From NCBI GenBank assembly GCA_951406725.2, contig OX597826.1, positions 4,588,001-4,652,000 of the forward strand: a stretch of 64,000 nt of DNA. Direction: 5' to 3'. Origin of the DNA: Octopus vulgaris. Taxonomy: Eukaryota. The notes beneath the pieces were generated by a model. It had not been told where the DNA came from and did no database searches. It worked only from the letters and a program-made list of their open reading frames with translations. Positions 53,811-64,000 of the stretch are shown piece by piece. Made by a program: the position numbers and the translations under genes. Positions within the stretch are counted from its first letter, which is position 1. Every line of letters begins with the position of its first letter.

Positions 53811-54190
53811 GAGTAAGAGAGCAGTGCATGCCATCAAAGTGACACTGGGGCAAAATATACGAAGCCCAGTATACCCATCATGACTACTCGTCTGATAAGG
53901 CTACACCAGGCACATGCATCACAACCATATGTGCGTGACATGGTGATCTCATATCAAGATAAACAGAGCATGACCTTGCAGGTGGGGCCCAGTTAGAATT
54001 TTCTTCTGGTCGAGTAACCCATCCCTCTCAAAAGATCCTTGAATAAGGATTGTTTAAGGATGTTGAACGAACCACCCATGTTTCCAGAGGTGAATTATCC
54101 AAATCTCAAAAAATTTCTTTCAACACACGGCTAAGATGCTCCCCCACTACGTCTGCTCGTGATCAGAGATGCGCATATCGTCAGCCACTA
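53760..54190 (-). mobile_element. Probable 3' end of a non-LTR retroelement with (TAA)n tail
   Basis: About 380 bp of complex, more GC-balanced sequence ending, on the minus strand, in ...GCACTGCTCTCTTACTC followed by a perfect (AAT)n run. Single copy in this window, so the family is unassigned. Confidence 0.4.
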
Positions 54191-54394
54191 CAGAATGGCA
54201 TTTGGTAGAATTGATAGGGTATTGCATCACTGCATTAAGTCGCGGTCCTTTAAGTTCTGTGTTCAAATCTCACAGAGCTCGGATCTGTTTTTCTTCCTCC
54301 TTGCATCGCTAAAATGAAAAACCATTTTATTTCATTATTTTTTGCGGCTAATACGATTACATAGACACTACTCCACGGTGGTTGCTTAGTTGTC

Positions 54395-54744
54395 AGTCGA
54401 TTAGATCTACCCCAGTACGTAACTGGTTCTTGATTTATCGACCCCGAAAAGATGAAAGGCAAAGTCGACTTCGGCGGAATTTTTACTCATAGCGTAAAGA
54501 CGGATGAAATACCTATTTCTTTATTACCCACAAGGGGCTAAACATAGAGGGGACAAACAAGGACAGACATAGGTATTAAGTCGATTACATCGACCCCAGT
54601 GCGTAATTGGTACTTAATTTATCGACCCCGAAATAATGAAAGGCAAAGTCAACCTCGGCGGAATTTGTACTCAGAACGTAACGGCAGACGAAATACCGCA
54701 AAGCATTTCGCCCGGCGTGCTAACGTTTCTGCCAGCTCGCCGCC
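54395..54744 (-). mobile_element. SINE family B1 joined to a second partial B unit
   Basis: Full B1 (54512-54744) whose tail AAAGAAATAG runs into GTATTTCATCCGTC of a second unit (54395-54511). Confidence 0.88.
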
Positions 54745-55325
54745 TTGTGATTACCTAGATATTGACAAATACAGAGACTGTCTCTCTCCCTCTCTCACGA
54801 GCACACACAGACATACACTATCTTTCTCTCCCTTAATTTCTCTCTCTCTTATTCGTATTTTTTTTCTATCCCTCTCATTTACATGCTACTTTGCCTTAAC
54901 GGGCAAAGGGTATATGTCTGACACCTGTTAATTGCCTTGTCGGTAGTCTATCTAACTAAACCTAAGTCAGAGGTGAGTTTTTGTCATTTGAGCCGGTAAG
55001 AAAATTACAGACCAGCCAGCAAACCAACCAACCAAACAACCAAATATACAACTTTCTAAATAAATAAATAAGTAAATAAAGGTTAGAAGCAGGACTGTAC
55101 ATTTGATATTGATATCATCGTTATCAGCGGCGTGGCTAAGTAATGGTACATCAGAAGAGTGTTTTGCATACTAAATGAACGTACGATAAATTCTCAAATG
55201 AATTGAACTGAAAAAATGACTTCAACGATCTGCGATTGTTAAAGTAATTATTAAACAACATCTTCAAGGGAAATAATTCTTATACGATCAATTTTTCAAA
55301 ATTCTAAGTCTTTATAAACAATGCA

Positions 55326-55731
55326 GGATCTTTTCGGTTTGAACGGCAGTTTATTTTCTAGCGGTGTCATATGAAATTGTCACCCATAATTATGACCCTA
55401 ATATCGATCTATTGCATTTCAATGTATTTTTGGGTTAGGGGTGGGGGAAGGGTATCTTTTTTTCTTCAGAAATGTAAATAAACCCAATCTGTTTCTTAAA
55501 CGAGGGACATTTTCGTACGGCACAGAATGTTTTCACCTCAATAGACGGTCATTGATTGGTTGAAATTGCAGAAATTGAAGAAAAAAAAAATCTTACAAAC
55601 TATAGAATTTTCTCAATAAAGCCAAGAGAAAAAGATGTTTTATAAACACATTCTACCTGTATACGAAGTTTAAAAGTGTTTAGTTACGTGCAAATTATTT
55701 TTAAAAACTGCCGTTCAAACCGAAAAGATCC
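55326..55731. mobile_element. 406-bp non-autonomous DNA transposon with 27-bp perfect TIRs and 8-bp TSD (Merlin-like termini)
   Basis: TIR GGATCTTTTCGGTTTGAACGGCAGTTT / AAACTGCCGTTCAAACCGAAAAGATCC; TSD ACAATGCA at 55318-55325 and 55732-55739. Confidence 0.92.
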
Positions 55732-56124
55732 ACAATGCAGACTGGAGTAGATCTTGGTTTTAAGCTAACTTATGAAAACAACGTATTTCAAACTTATTAG
55801 ACCTACTCGATGGAATATACTTTACTCTCTCTCTCTCTCTCTCTCTCTGACCCCCATTTTCTCTGGTTCTGCACCCCCACTTTCTCTCTCTTTCCCTCTC
55901 ACTCTTTCTCTCTCTCACATACACATATATTTATGGAGAGAAATAGTAGATTTGGGGATTATGTCTGATCATCAATATGTTTGAAATAAAATGCCCCAAA
56001 GCAGCAATCTCAACGTTAGATACAACGTTAGAGTCTCACACGTAGTGTGATGTGTTTTAAAACGTCCGTTTCCTTGGACTGAAACCTGAACTGTGGTTTC
56101 GATACGAACTTCTTAAGTGCATGG

Positions 56125-56511
56125 ACCGTGTGGTTAAGAAGCTCGCTTTGCAAACATATCGATTCGAGTTCAGTCCCACAGCTCTACTACTCTTCTACTA
56201 TAGCCTCGGGCCGACCAAAGCCTTGTGAGTGGATTTGGTAGACGGAAACTGAAAGAAGCCCGTCGTATATATGTGTATATATATATATATGTATGTGTAT
56301 ATGTTTGTGTGTCTGTGTTTGTTTCCCCCCCCCCCCGACATCGCTTGACAACCGATGCTGGTGTGTTTACGTCCATGTAACTTAGCGGTTCGGCAAAAGA
56401 GACCGATAGAATAATTACTAGGCTTACAAAGAACAAGTCCTGGGGTCGATTTGCTCGACTAAAGGCGGTGCTCCAACATGGCCATAGTCAAATGACTGAA
56501 CAAGTAAAAGA
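56125..56511 (+). mobile_element. SINE family A
   Basis: Variant head, then near-consensus body and tail (TCTTCTACTATAGCCTCGGGCCGACC...GACTGAACAAGTAAAAG). Confidence 0.9.
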
Positions 56512-56906
56512 TTAAACGGAAAGTGAATACATTGCCGGTCTCTGTTTTTTTTATCTTTTTTGCATGTTACATTTTCCGTAAATTCTACCGAAAACGTTGT
56601 TTCTTGCATTTGTTTATATAGCATATTCGGAACAGTTGGTGTGTTACTTTCTTTTCGACCTTCTGTTTTTATTAAGTGCTGTTTGACACTTTAATATTTT
56701 TCTCTTATTTTTCGCTTGGATTTTGTTGGAAGAATTGCAAATGAGAGTTTCTCCATCGTGTGTCAATGAAACATTCATTATTCACAAGGTCAAAACCAGT
56801 TTCGCAAATAACAGAATATTACTCGTTTGTAACGTAGAGTTATCATACTCACATATGCATACAGAACGCAGAAAATGGTAAAGAGAGAGAAAGAGGAAGA
56901 GAGACC

Positions 56907-56951
<45 letters not shown>

Positions 56952-57314
56952 AATGAAAGTGGAACTGAAATAAAGGTGTGAGGTGGCGCTCGAGGATAAA
57001 ATCAAATGGAATTATTTGTCGTTTCTCATAGTCGTTGTTTTGCTCCAAGTTAGATCTGATGGCGTAAACCTTTGATTCCGACCATGGCAGTTCGACATAA
57101 ACGAATGTACATGTATAAGACACACGTATATTATGGCGTATAATTCTTTATTTCTAAAGATCATAGAAAATAATTTGATGAATATTTTGTTAAATGGCCA
57201 AGTAATTACATGAAGGCTTTCTCGTTATATATATATATATATATGCTTACAGTTATCAAGTATTCACCCTGAATTTTTTGTACCTAACTTATATATATAT
57301 ATATATATATATAC

Positions 57315-57467
57315 GTATACGACGGGCTTCTTCCAGTTTCTCTCTACCTAATCCACTGAAAAATCTTCTCTCGGCCCGAGGCTATAGTAAAAGACACTTG
57401 CCCCTGGTACACAGCAGTGGGACAGGAGTCAGAACCATGTGGTTGAGAAGCAAGCTTCTTACCACAC
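57315..57467 (-). mobile_element. SINE family A 5' half
   Basis: ACGACGGGCTTCTT...GGCCCGAGGCTATAGT...ACCATGTGGTTG...CTTACCACAC; breaks at the TA repeat. Confidence 0.8.
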
Positions 57468-57996
57468 ACGCACGCATTCACATATATATGCTCATGTATG
57501 TCTATTGTGCATGGATATACTTTTGTCCTTTTAGTAGCGGTAAATGAAATACGATGATGTGACACAGAATCGTTTCTCCCCGAAGAAGGAGGACAGCAAA
57601 ATTTAAAGATTTTTAAACGCGAACAGCACAATAGAATCTAGATGATGGTTCCTGTTTCGATCAAGAGAAAGAGAAAGTGGAGTAACGAGAGAGACAGAGA
57701 GAGAGAGAGAGTATGAAAGTAAAAAAGAGAGACACATAAAGTGAACGCAAGAAAATGAGCGGTATATCTAGTTCAACTTCATTTGGTTGTTTAAGGCATC
57801 TTTAGAGTTCGAGGCTTAAATGGAAAGTTGTCAAGTTTGTGTTTTGTCTTCAGGCTGACGACATTTAAATACATAAATGGAACGAAAGGTCTTATGTGAT
57901 TGACCTTGAACGAAAACTAATTATCTTGCTTCATATCTCCTGTACTTTACTATATATTTATATATGTGTGTGTGTTTACGTATGTATGTATATCTA

Positions 57997-58047
<51 letters not shown>

Positions 58048-58099
58048 ATGTATGTATGTATGTATGTATATATGTACGTATATATATATATAGATATAG

Positions 58100-58132
<33 letters not shown>

Positions 58133-58660
58133 TATATGTACGTATATATATATATATGTATGTATATATATAGAGAGAGATATATCATGAATAATTGATA
58201 GATATTACAGCGATGATGGTGATCAAGTCAATAGTAGCATTGGTGGTGGTGGTCATGATGAACGGTGGTGTCTGTGGTAGTGACGATGCTGCTGTTACTG
58301 AGGATGATGATGATGATGAGTTTGACGAGGATAATTCGTGATGGTAGCGTTATGATCATCGTTATATCGACGGCGGTGGTGGTGGTGGTGGTGGTGATGG
58401 AGTGTACGAGGAATAGTGATGATGACGATGATGATGATGATGAACTTGGCGATAATGACGACAATAGCGACGACGACAACCGTGATGACGTGGATATCTT
58501 AGTTGGTAATATTAGAAACTCTAGAATCAGACAATATATTTCGCCCCGTTATCTTCAACAGCCGTCAGCACCAGTTTAAACCAAAAGTGTGCCCGGCCTC
58601 AAGTTCAACACGGAGTCAAAGAGATAAAACAGGAATTATATACACAAAACACACACAAAC

Positions 58661-58761
<101 letters not shown>

Positions 58762-59456
58762 GTATATATATCGTAATTTTTATTTTAAGTCGGATTATTT
58801 GCACTATTCTCTATCTCCATCTTACACACACGTAGTTACTAGAAATACGCACACACACACACACACACGCACACACATTTCTATCTCTCTCTCTCTCTTT
58901 CTCTTACACTAGTATACTGGATTATTTACATCTCTACACAAACACACTTGCACGTGCGCACACACACACTGTATATATATATGTGTGTGTGTGTGATGGC
59001 CATTATAATAAAACAACCATTGTTCTATCGCCGGTTTCTTGCTTTTTCACATTCTTGATTTTATTTTAGTGCTAATTGTTCGTGTTTATTCGGCAGCAGC
59101 AGCAGCAGCATCTGTAGTAGTAGTAGTAGTAGTAGTAGTAGCAGCAGCTTTATTTCCACCCCTCCATTTTATGTCACGAACTAGTTGCATCGCCCAATAG
59201 GTCCTCACATAATTTGCAATTGTGCGGTCTGAGGTAGATTTTGGACTGATATTTCTAGCAAGTAGAAATACCATATTGAGACATTCCGATTCATCTCTTG
59301 GTGATAGGAGACAGCGTTATGTAAAAACCGAAACAAAAACCGTTTTGATTTTGAAGATGGTTCACTCAATCTTCTCAGTTTCACTTTCATATATTTTTTT
59401 TTATTCTTTGAATCTATTTTCCACCATCACCTTCACTACAGACTGCTGCTACTACT

Positions 59457-59525
<69 letters not shown>

Positions 59526-59828
59526 TTACTACTACTACTAGTTTGACAGCGGAGTCTATGTACTATTATTGTAGCAATATTCTAACTGGAATACTTGTAT
59601 AGACATTTAAAAGTTAACAAAACCTCCAAGAAGAGCTATTTATTAGGTGGTAGGTAGAATTTTTAAAGAGAGCGAAAAATGAAATGGAAGAGCTGGCGAT
59701 ATAATGGAGGATAGTTTCCGAGTTTTACTGGATGAATGATGGCAGTGACCGAGATTAGAACGAGAGAAAGAAAATTAACGAGAACTCATAAAACAAAACA
59801 ATAATTGTGTTGAACATAAGTATACATA

Positions 59829-59873
<45 letters not shown>

Positions 59874-59962
59874 TCACAATACGTCTGTTTATGTGTGTGT
59901 GTGTTTGCCGGTATATATTACACACACACCACACACACATATACATGTATATATATATATGC

Positions 59963-59994
<32 letters not shown>

Positions 59995-60048
59995 GTATAT
60001 ATATATAAGAACAGTCAAGAATGCTTGACAGACCCTGTAATTCACATA

Positions 60049-60100
<52 letters not shown>

Positions 60101-60434
60101 TATAAATAAACGTGTGTGTATATATATATATATAAACATATGTGTGTGTGTGTATATTTATATGTAAATTTATAAATGTATGTACGCATATGTATGTTAT
60201 GTGTGTTTGCGTATATATATACATATATATGCGCATGTGTATGTATGTCTATATATGTGTGTGTGCGTGTGTATGTACTGGAGAATTTCTCTGTATTTAT
60301 ATACATAGAAACTCTCCAGTTTATTCACACGCACATATGCGTTGTGTGTGTGTGTGTGTGTATACGTTTGCTATGTATATATAAACCTGTGTATGTCTGT
60401 GATTGCTTATATGCACACAGACACTATGTCTCCT

Positions 60435-60476
<42 letters not shown>

Positions 60477-60723
60477 ACACTATTTTTCTATGCTATTTAG
60501 TGGTCTACAAATATCTATTTTACAGTTTTTAGCTTTGTTCTTCTACTTCCAAATTTTAAACTCATCAGAGAGCAACATTTTCTCTTATAATATTCTCATA
60601 AAACGATACAATAAACAATAGTTATATATCGTTGGAAAGTAGCCATTTCAATCACCTGTACAGTTTTCACTTACAAATATGAATCTTGTGTTAATTAAAA
60701 GATATACATAAATATCTATTGCT

Positions 60724-60762
60724 ATGTTAATGTTCGTATTTTCTCTTCTTTTTTAGGTAAGT
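60724..60762 (+). promoter_or_regulatory. Strong 3' splice site fused to a consensus 5' splice site (AG|GTAAGT; candidate recursive splice site)
   Basis: Branch-point-like TTAAT (about 60727), pyrimidine tract TTTTCTCTTCTTTTTT, AG at 60755-60756, then GTAAGT at 60757-60762. Confidence 0.6.
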
Positions 60763-60765
60763 ACA

Positions 60766-60811
60766 ATGGAAAATATTTGCAACAATTTCTTTGTTATGCT
60801 GCTTATAACAG
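60766..60811 (+). CDS. Candidate first coding exon, signal-peptide-like start MENICNNFFVMLLIT with a phase-1 donor
   Basis: ACAATGG start context 9 nt after the acceptor, open frame with hydrophobic FFVMLLIT, closed by CAG|GTAAGG at 60811/60812. No downstream exon identified in the window. Confidence 0.45.
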
Positions 60812-61197
60812 GTAAGGTGTTTTACGACATCTCAGTCCTAGAACGAAACCACGTCAAAAGTTCCTGGTGTTGCTTCTTTGGTTAATTATCTTTTACCAAT
60901 GCTTTAATACTAACCAACATCCACGAACCCTCTATTAAGGGTTTTTAATTGTCTGACAGGTGAATCGTAGACGGTGTTTTGATATTCTCTAATTGTCTGA
61001 CTATTTCCTTTATACACCTTTAATGCCTGAAAGCTTAACCTTTTTAATACTAACACGTTTGCGACCAACCGTTTCTAAATGAAAATTTTCATCAAAATCA
61101 AAAGGACAAATTGATATAATGAAATATCAATAGGCCAGCATAAGCATAATAACCACACTAGTATAATAGGTGATGACTAATATAATTAATTTTAAGT

Positions 61198-61600
61198 AGG
61201 AGTGGGTGTGTGGTAAGTAGCTTGCTTACGAACAACAAGGTTCCGGGTTCAGTCCCACTGCGTGTCACCTTGGGCAAATGTCTTCTACTATAGCCTTGGG
61301 CCGAGCAAAGCCTTGTGAGTGGATTTGGTAGACGGAAACTGAAAGAAGCCCGTCGTATATATGTTTGTATGTGTGTGTGTATATATATGGTTGTGTACAT
61401 GTGTTTGTCCCCCCAGCATCGCTTGACAACCGATGCTGGTGTGTTTACGTCCCCCGTAACTTAGCTGTTCGGCAAAAGAGACCGATAGAATAATTACTAG
61501 ACCTACAAAGAATAAGTCCTGGGTCGATTTGCTCGACTAAAGACGGTGCTCCAGCATGGCCTCACTCAAATGACTGAAACAAGTAAAAGAATAGAGTAAA
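61198..61600 (+). mobile_element. SINE family A, full length
   Basis: AGGAGTGGGTGTGTGGTAAGTAGCTTGC through to GACTGAAACAAGTAAAAGAATAGAGTAAAA. Confidence 0.92.
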
Positions 61601-62573
61601 ACTACCAATGTGAGATAGGAAATGACAAGTAAATCTCTTTCCGTTGTGTTAACATAAAAAAAAAAGGCAGAATATAGCTCGTAGCATAAAAGATGCGATG
61701 GCCAGGACAAGAATGCCTTTGATCATTGGTTCTATCCTGCACCTAAAGGACAACAAAAGCAACACCGGTGTATGCTTCTGAGCGAAAGAGTGCAGAGCAT
61801 CTGAACGTTTCATGAAAAACGATGGATTTGTAGTAGCAGATTAGTTCCTCTCGAAGGCGCAGACATTGGCAAAGCATTTTATGGAAGTCCAACAACTGTC
61901 CAAATATGCAAATATCCCATTTCCACATCAGTGATGGAAACTAAAATTCATTTAAATAGACTGTAGCGTTTAAGTCTCTTGTTTATATCAAAGTTTTGCG
62001 CTGAAAACCTTGCTAGTGAAGTTTCACCTGATTTGAATTAGTTTTCGAGCGAGGCAGTTATACATTTCCTTGCTTCATACGCAATACCATAGACAGAATT
62101 TCAGCTTCATAAAATTCTCTGCGTGCCCGTGTTTGTTTGTTTGTTTTCCGGCCTATTATGAACATTTATGAACAGAACTAATCTGAGCGTAACTGCAGAA
62201 GCCCTATAGTTGCAAATGAAGATAGAAGCAAGTAAGAGTTATAACACCAGAGTGTTTTGTTTCTTTTGCCAATTCCGAAATCCACTCTTGTTGGATTCTT
62301 TGTAAGCCTAGTACTTATTCCATCGGTCTCCGTTGCCAAACCGCTAAGTTACGGGGACGTAAACACACCAGCAACGAAATCCATTTACAGTCCATTATAA
62401 AAGGGTTTTTAACCCGAAATAGCAGAACTAATTAAATATTTCTGTTATAATTTGATCATTATTAATGTTTCATTTAATATTTAATACTTTATCTTCGTTA
62501 TCCTTGTCTTCTATATCACGCTCATTTTATGTGTGTGTGTGATTGTTGGTTTGTTTTTGTGTGTCTGAGTCTC

Positions 62574-62620
<47 letters not shown>

Positions 62621-63756
62621 CCCTATGACATTGTATAAGTACATTTATCCTGAGAACCTCGAGAGCACCTCGACACTAAAAGCAACTGATAACGTTTGCA
62701 CGGGAAGTTGAGTTGACGAGACAGGGCAAAAACAATTTGTCTACACATCACCCTACCCGTTTACTACCATCATCGTTGTCGGCAGCGTTGTTGTTTTCTG
62801 TTATATTTGTTGCTGTTATATTCTGCTGAAGTTAACGGGAAACTAGTCCAGTAGTAACCAAAAAAGAAAAAAAAAAGAGAAAGAAAAAAAACATAGGTAA
62901 AAACAAACAGTACGAAACAACTGCAAAAACAAAAATTAAAAAAAAAAGGCCACTTGTCAGTAACACCACCTTCCGTTTGCAAGAGTAAAGAATCATTAAT
63001 GCTTGACAGGGAGCCATTTTGTATGTTGTTGCTGTTGTTGATATTGCATTTGTTTTTGTTTTTGTTATTATTGCTGCGTTCGAGAGATGTTTAGGTTGTG
63101 GTAGTTACGTGTCTCTATATGTATGCGTAGATGTATACTTGCTTGTGAGTACATGCATGCATGTATGTATATATATATATATATATGTATGTATATGTGT
63201 GTCTGTATGCATATATGTAGGCTTATGTGCGTGTGAAGCGAGATGGCGTGTGTTGGTGTTGCTAAAATTGTTAAAACAGCCTGATGGGAAAAACAGAAGT
63301 TTTTTGACAGGGAGTTCGGGCGAGAAAAAGCTTACTAAGGTACGCCGGATTCGGCTCGTGTCAGGCTTGGATTAATTTCTTCCGTTTCGAAAGAGTGGCT
63401 TTGCATGTGATCACGAGTTAGACAGTGCTGAATTGGCTGTTTTGGGAAGAACGATAACTCCTGGGAATTAAACAGACAAAAAAAAAAAAAAGAAGAAGAG
63501 GAAGGAAAAAATACAAAGAAATAAGGCAAACGAAGAATTGGGCAATTTATACTTCATGGCTTGCCAGAAATAGAAACCATATGTCCCTCAAATTACCAAT
63601 GGCAAAAGTGACAGATAAAATAAATACCAACTTTAAAGATGAAGTCCTGGGATAGATGCTCTAGCTTGGCCTGTATTGATTATTACAAATAAAAGAATAG
63701 GTAGGCAGACAGACAGACAGAGAGAATTATGTCATCGCTAAATGGAAGAGACTGAT

Positions 63757-63952
63757 ACTCTTTTACTCTTTTACTTGTTTCAGTCATTTGACTGTGGCCA
63801 TGCTGGAGCGCCGCCTTTAGTCGAGCAAATCGACCCCAGGACTTTAGTACTTATTCTATCAGTCTGTTTTGCCGAACTGCTAAGTTACGGGGGGCGTAAA
63901 CACACCAGCATCGGTTGTCAAGCAATGTTAGGGGACAAACACAGACACACAA

Positions 63953-64000
<48 letters not shown>
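63757..64000 (-). mobile_element. SINE family A 3' half (runs off the window)
   Basis: ACTCTTTTACTCTTTTACTTGTTTCAGTC...GGGGACAAACACAGAC(CA)n. Confidence 0.9.

Noticed and set aside
55432-55440. Interstitial telomere
   Set aside because: Only one TTAGGG unit, and it lies inside a MITE.
59230-59300. TGAGGTAG let-7-like seed with a partial hairpin
   Set aside because: Sequence after the seed does not match let-7, and the fold needs a large asymmetric bulge unlike a pre-miRNA.

Overview
AT-rich eukaryotic (animal) genomic DNA, very dense in microsatellites ((TA)n, (CA)n, (GA)n, (TAGA)n, (TACA)n, (TAG)n, (GAT)n, (ATT)n). The repeat content looks like an octopus/coleoid cephalopod intron or intergenic region; that is inferred from the SINE make-up, not proven. 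Almost every ORF in the supplied track is a microsatellite or SINE artefact. Supported content: (1) at least four tRNA-derived SINE families, labelled here A, B, C and D, in dozens of copies; (2) several non-autonomous DNA transposons, including Tc1/mariner derivatives with TA target duplications, a 406-bp element with perfect 27-bp TIRs and an 8-bp TSD, and a TIR element nested in a SINE; (3) decayed LINE fragments; (4) two decayed hammerhead-like motifs and a ~290-bp fold-back; (5) one candidate 55-nt host exon at 60757-60811 whose acceptor AG is directly followed by GTAAGT (recursive-splice geometry) and which encodes a signal-peptide-like start. I found no complete protein-coding gene, rRNA, true tRNA or CRISPR array. 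Boundaries of diverged repeats are approximate (about +/-20 nt).
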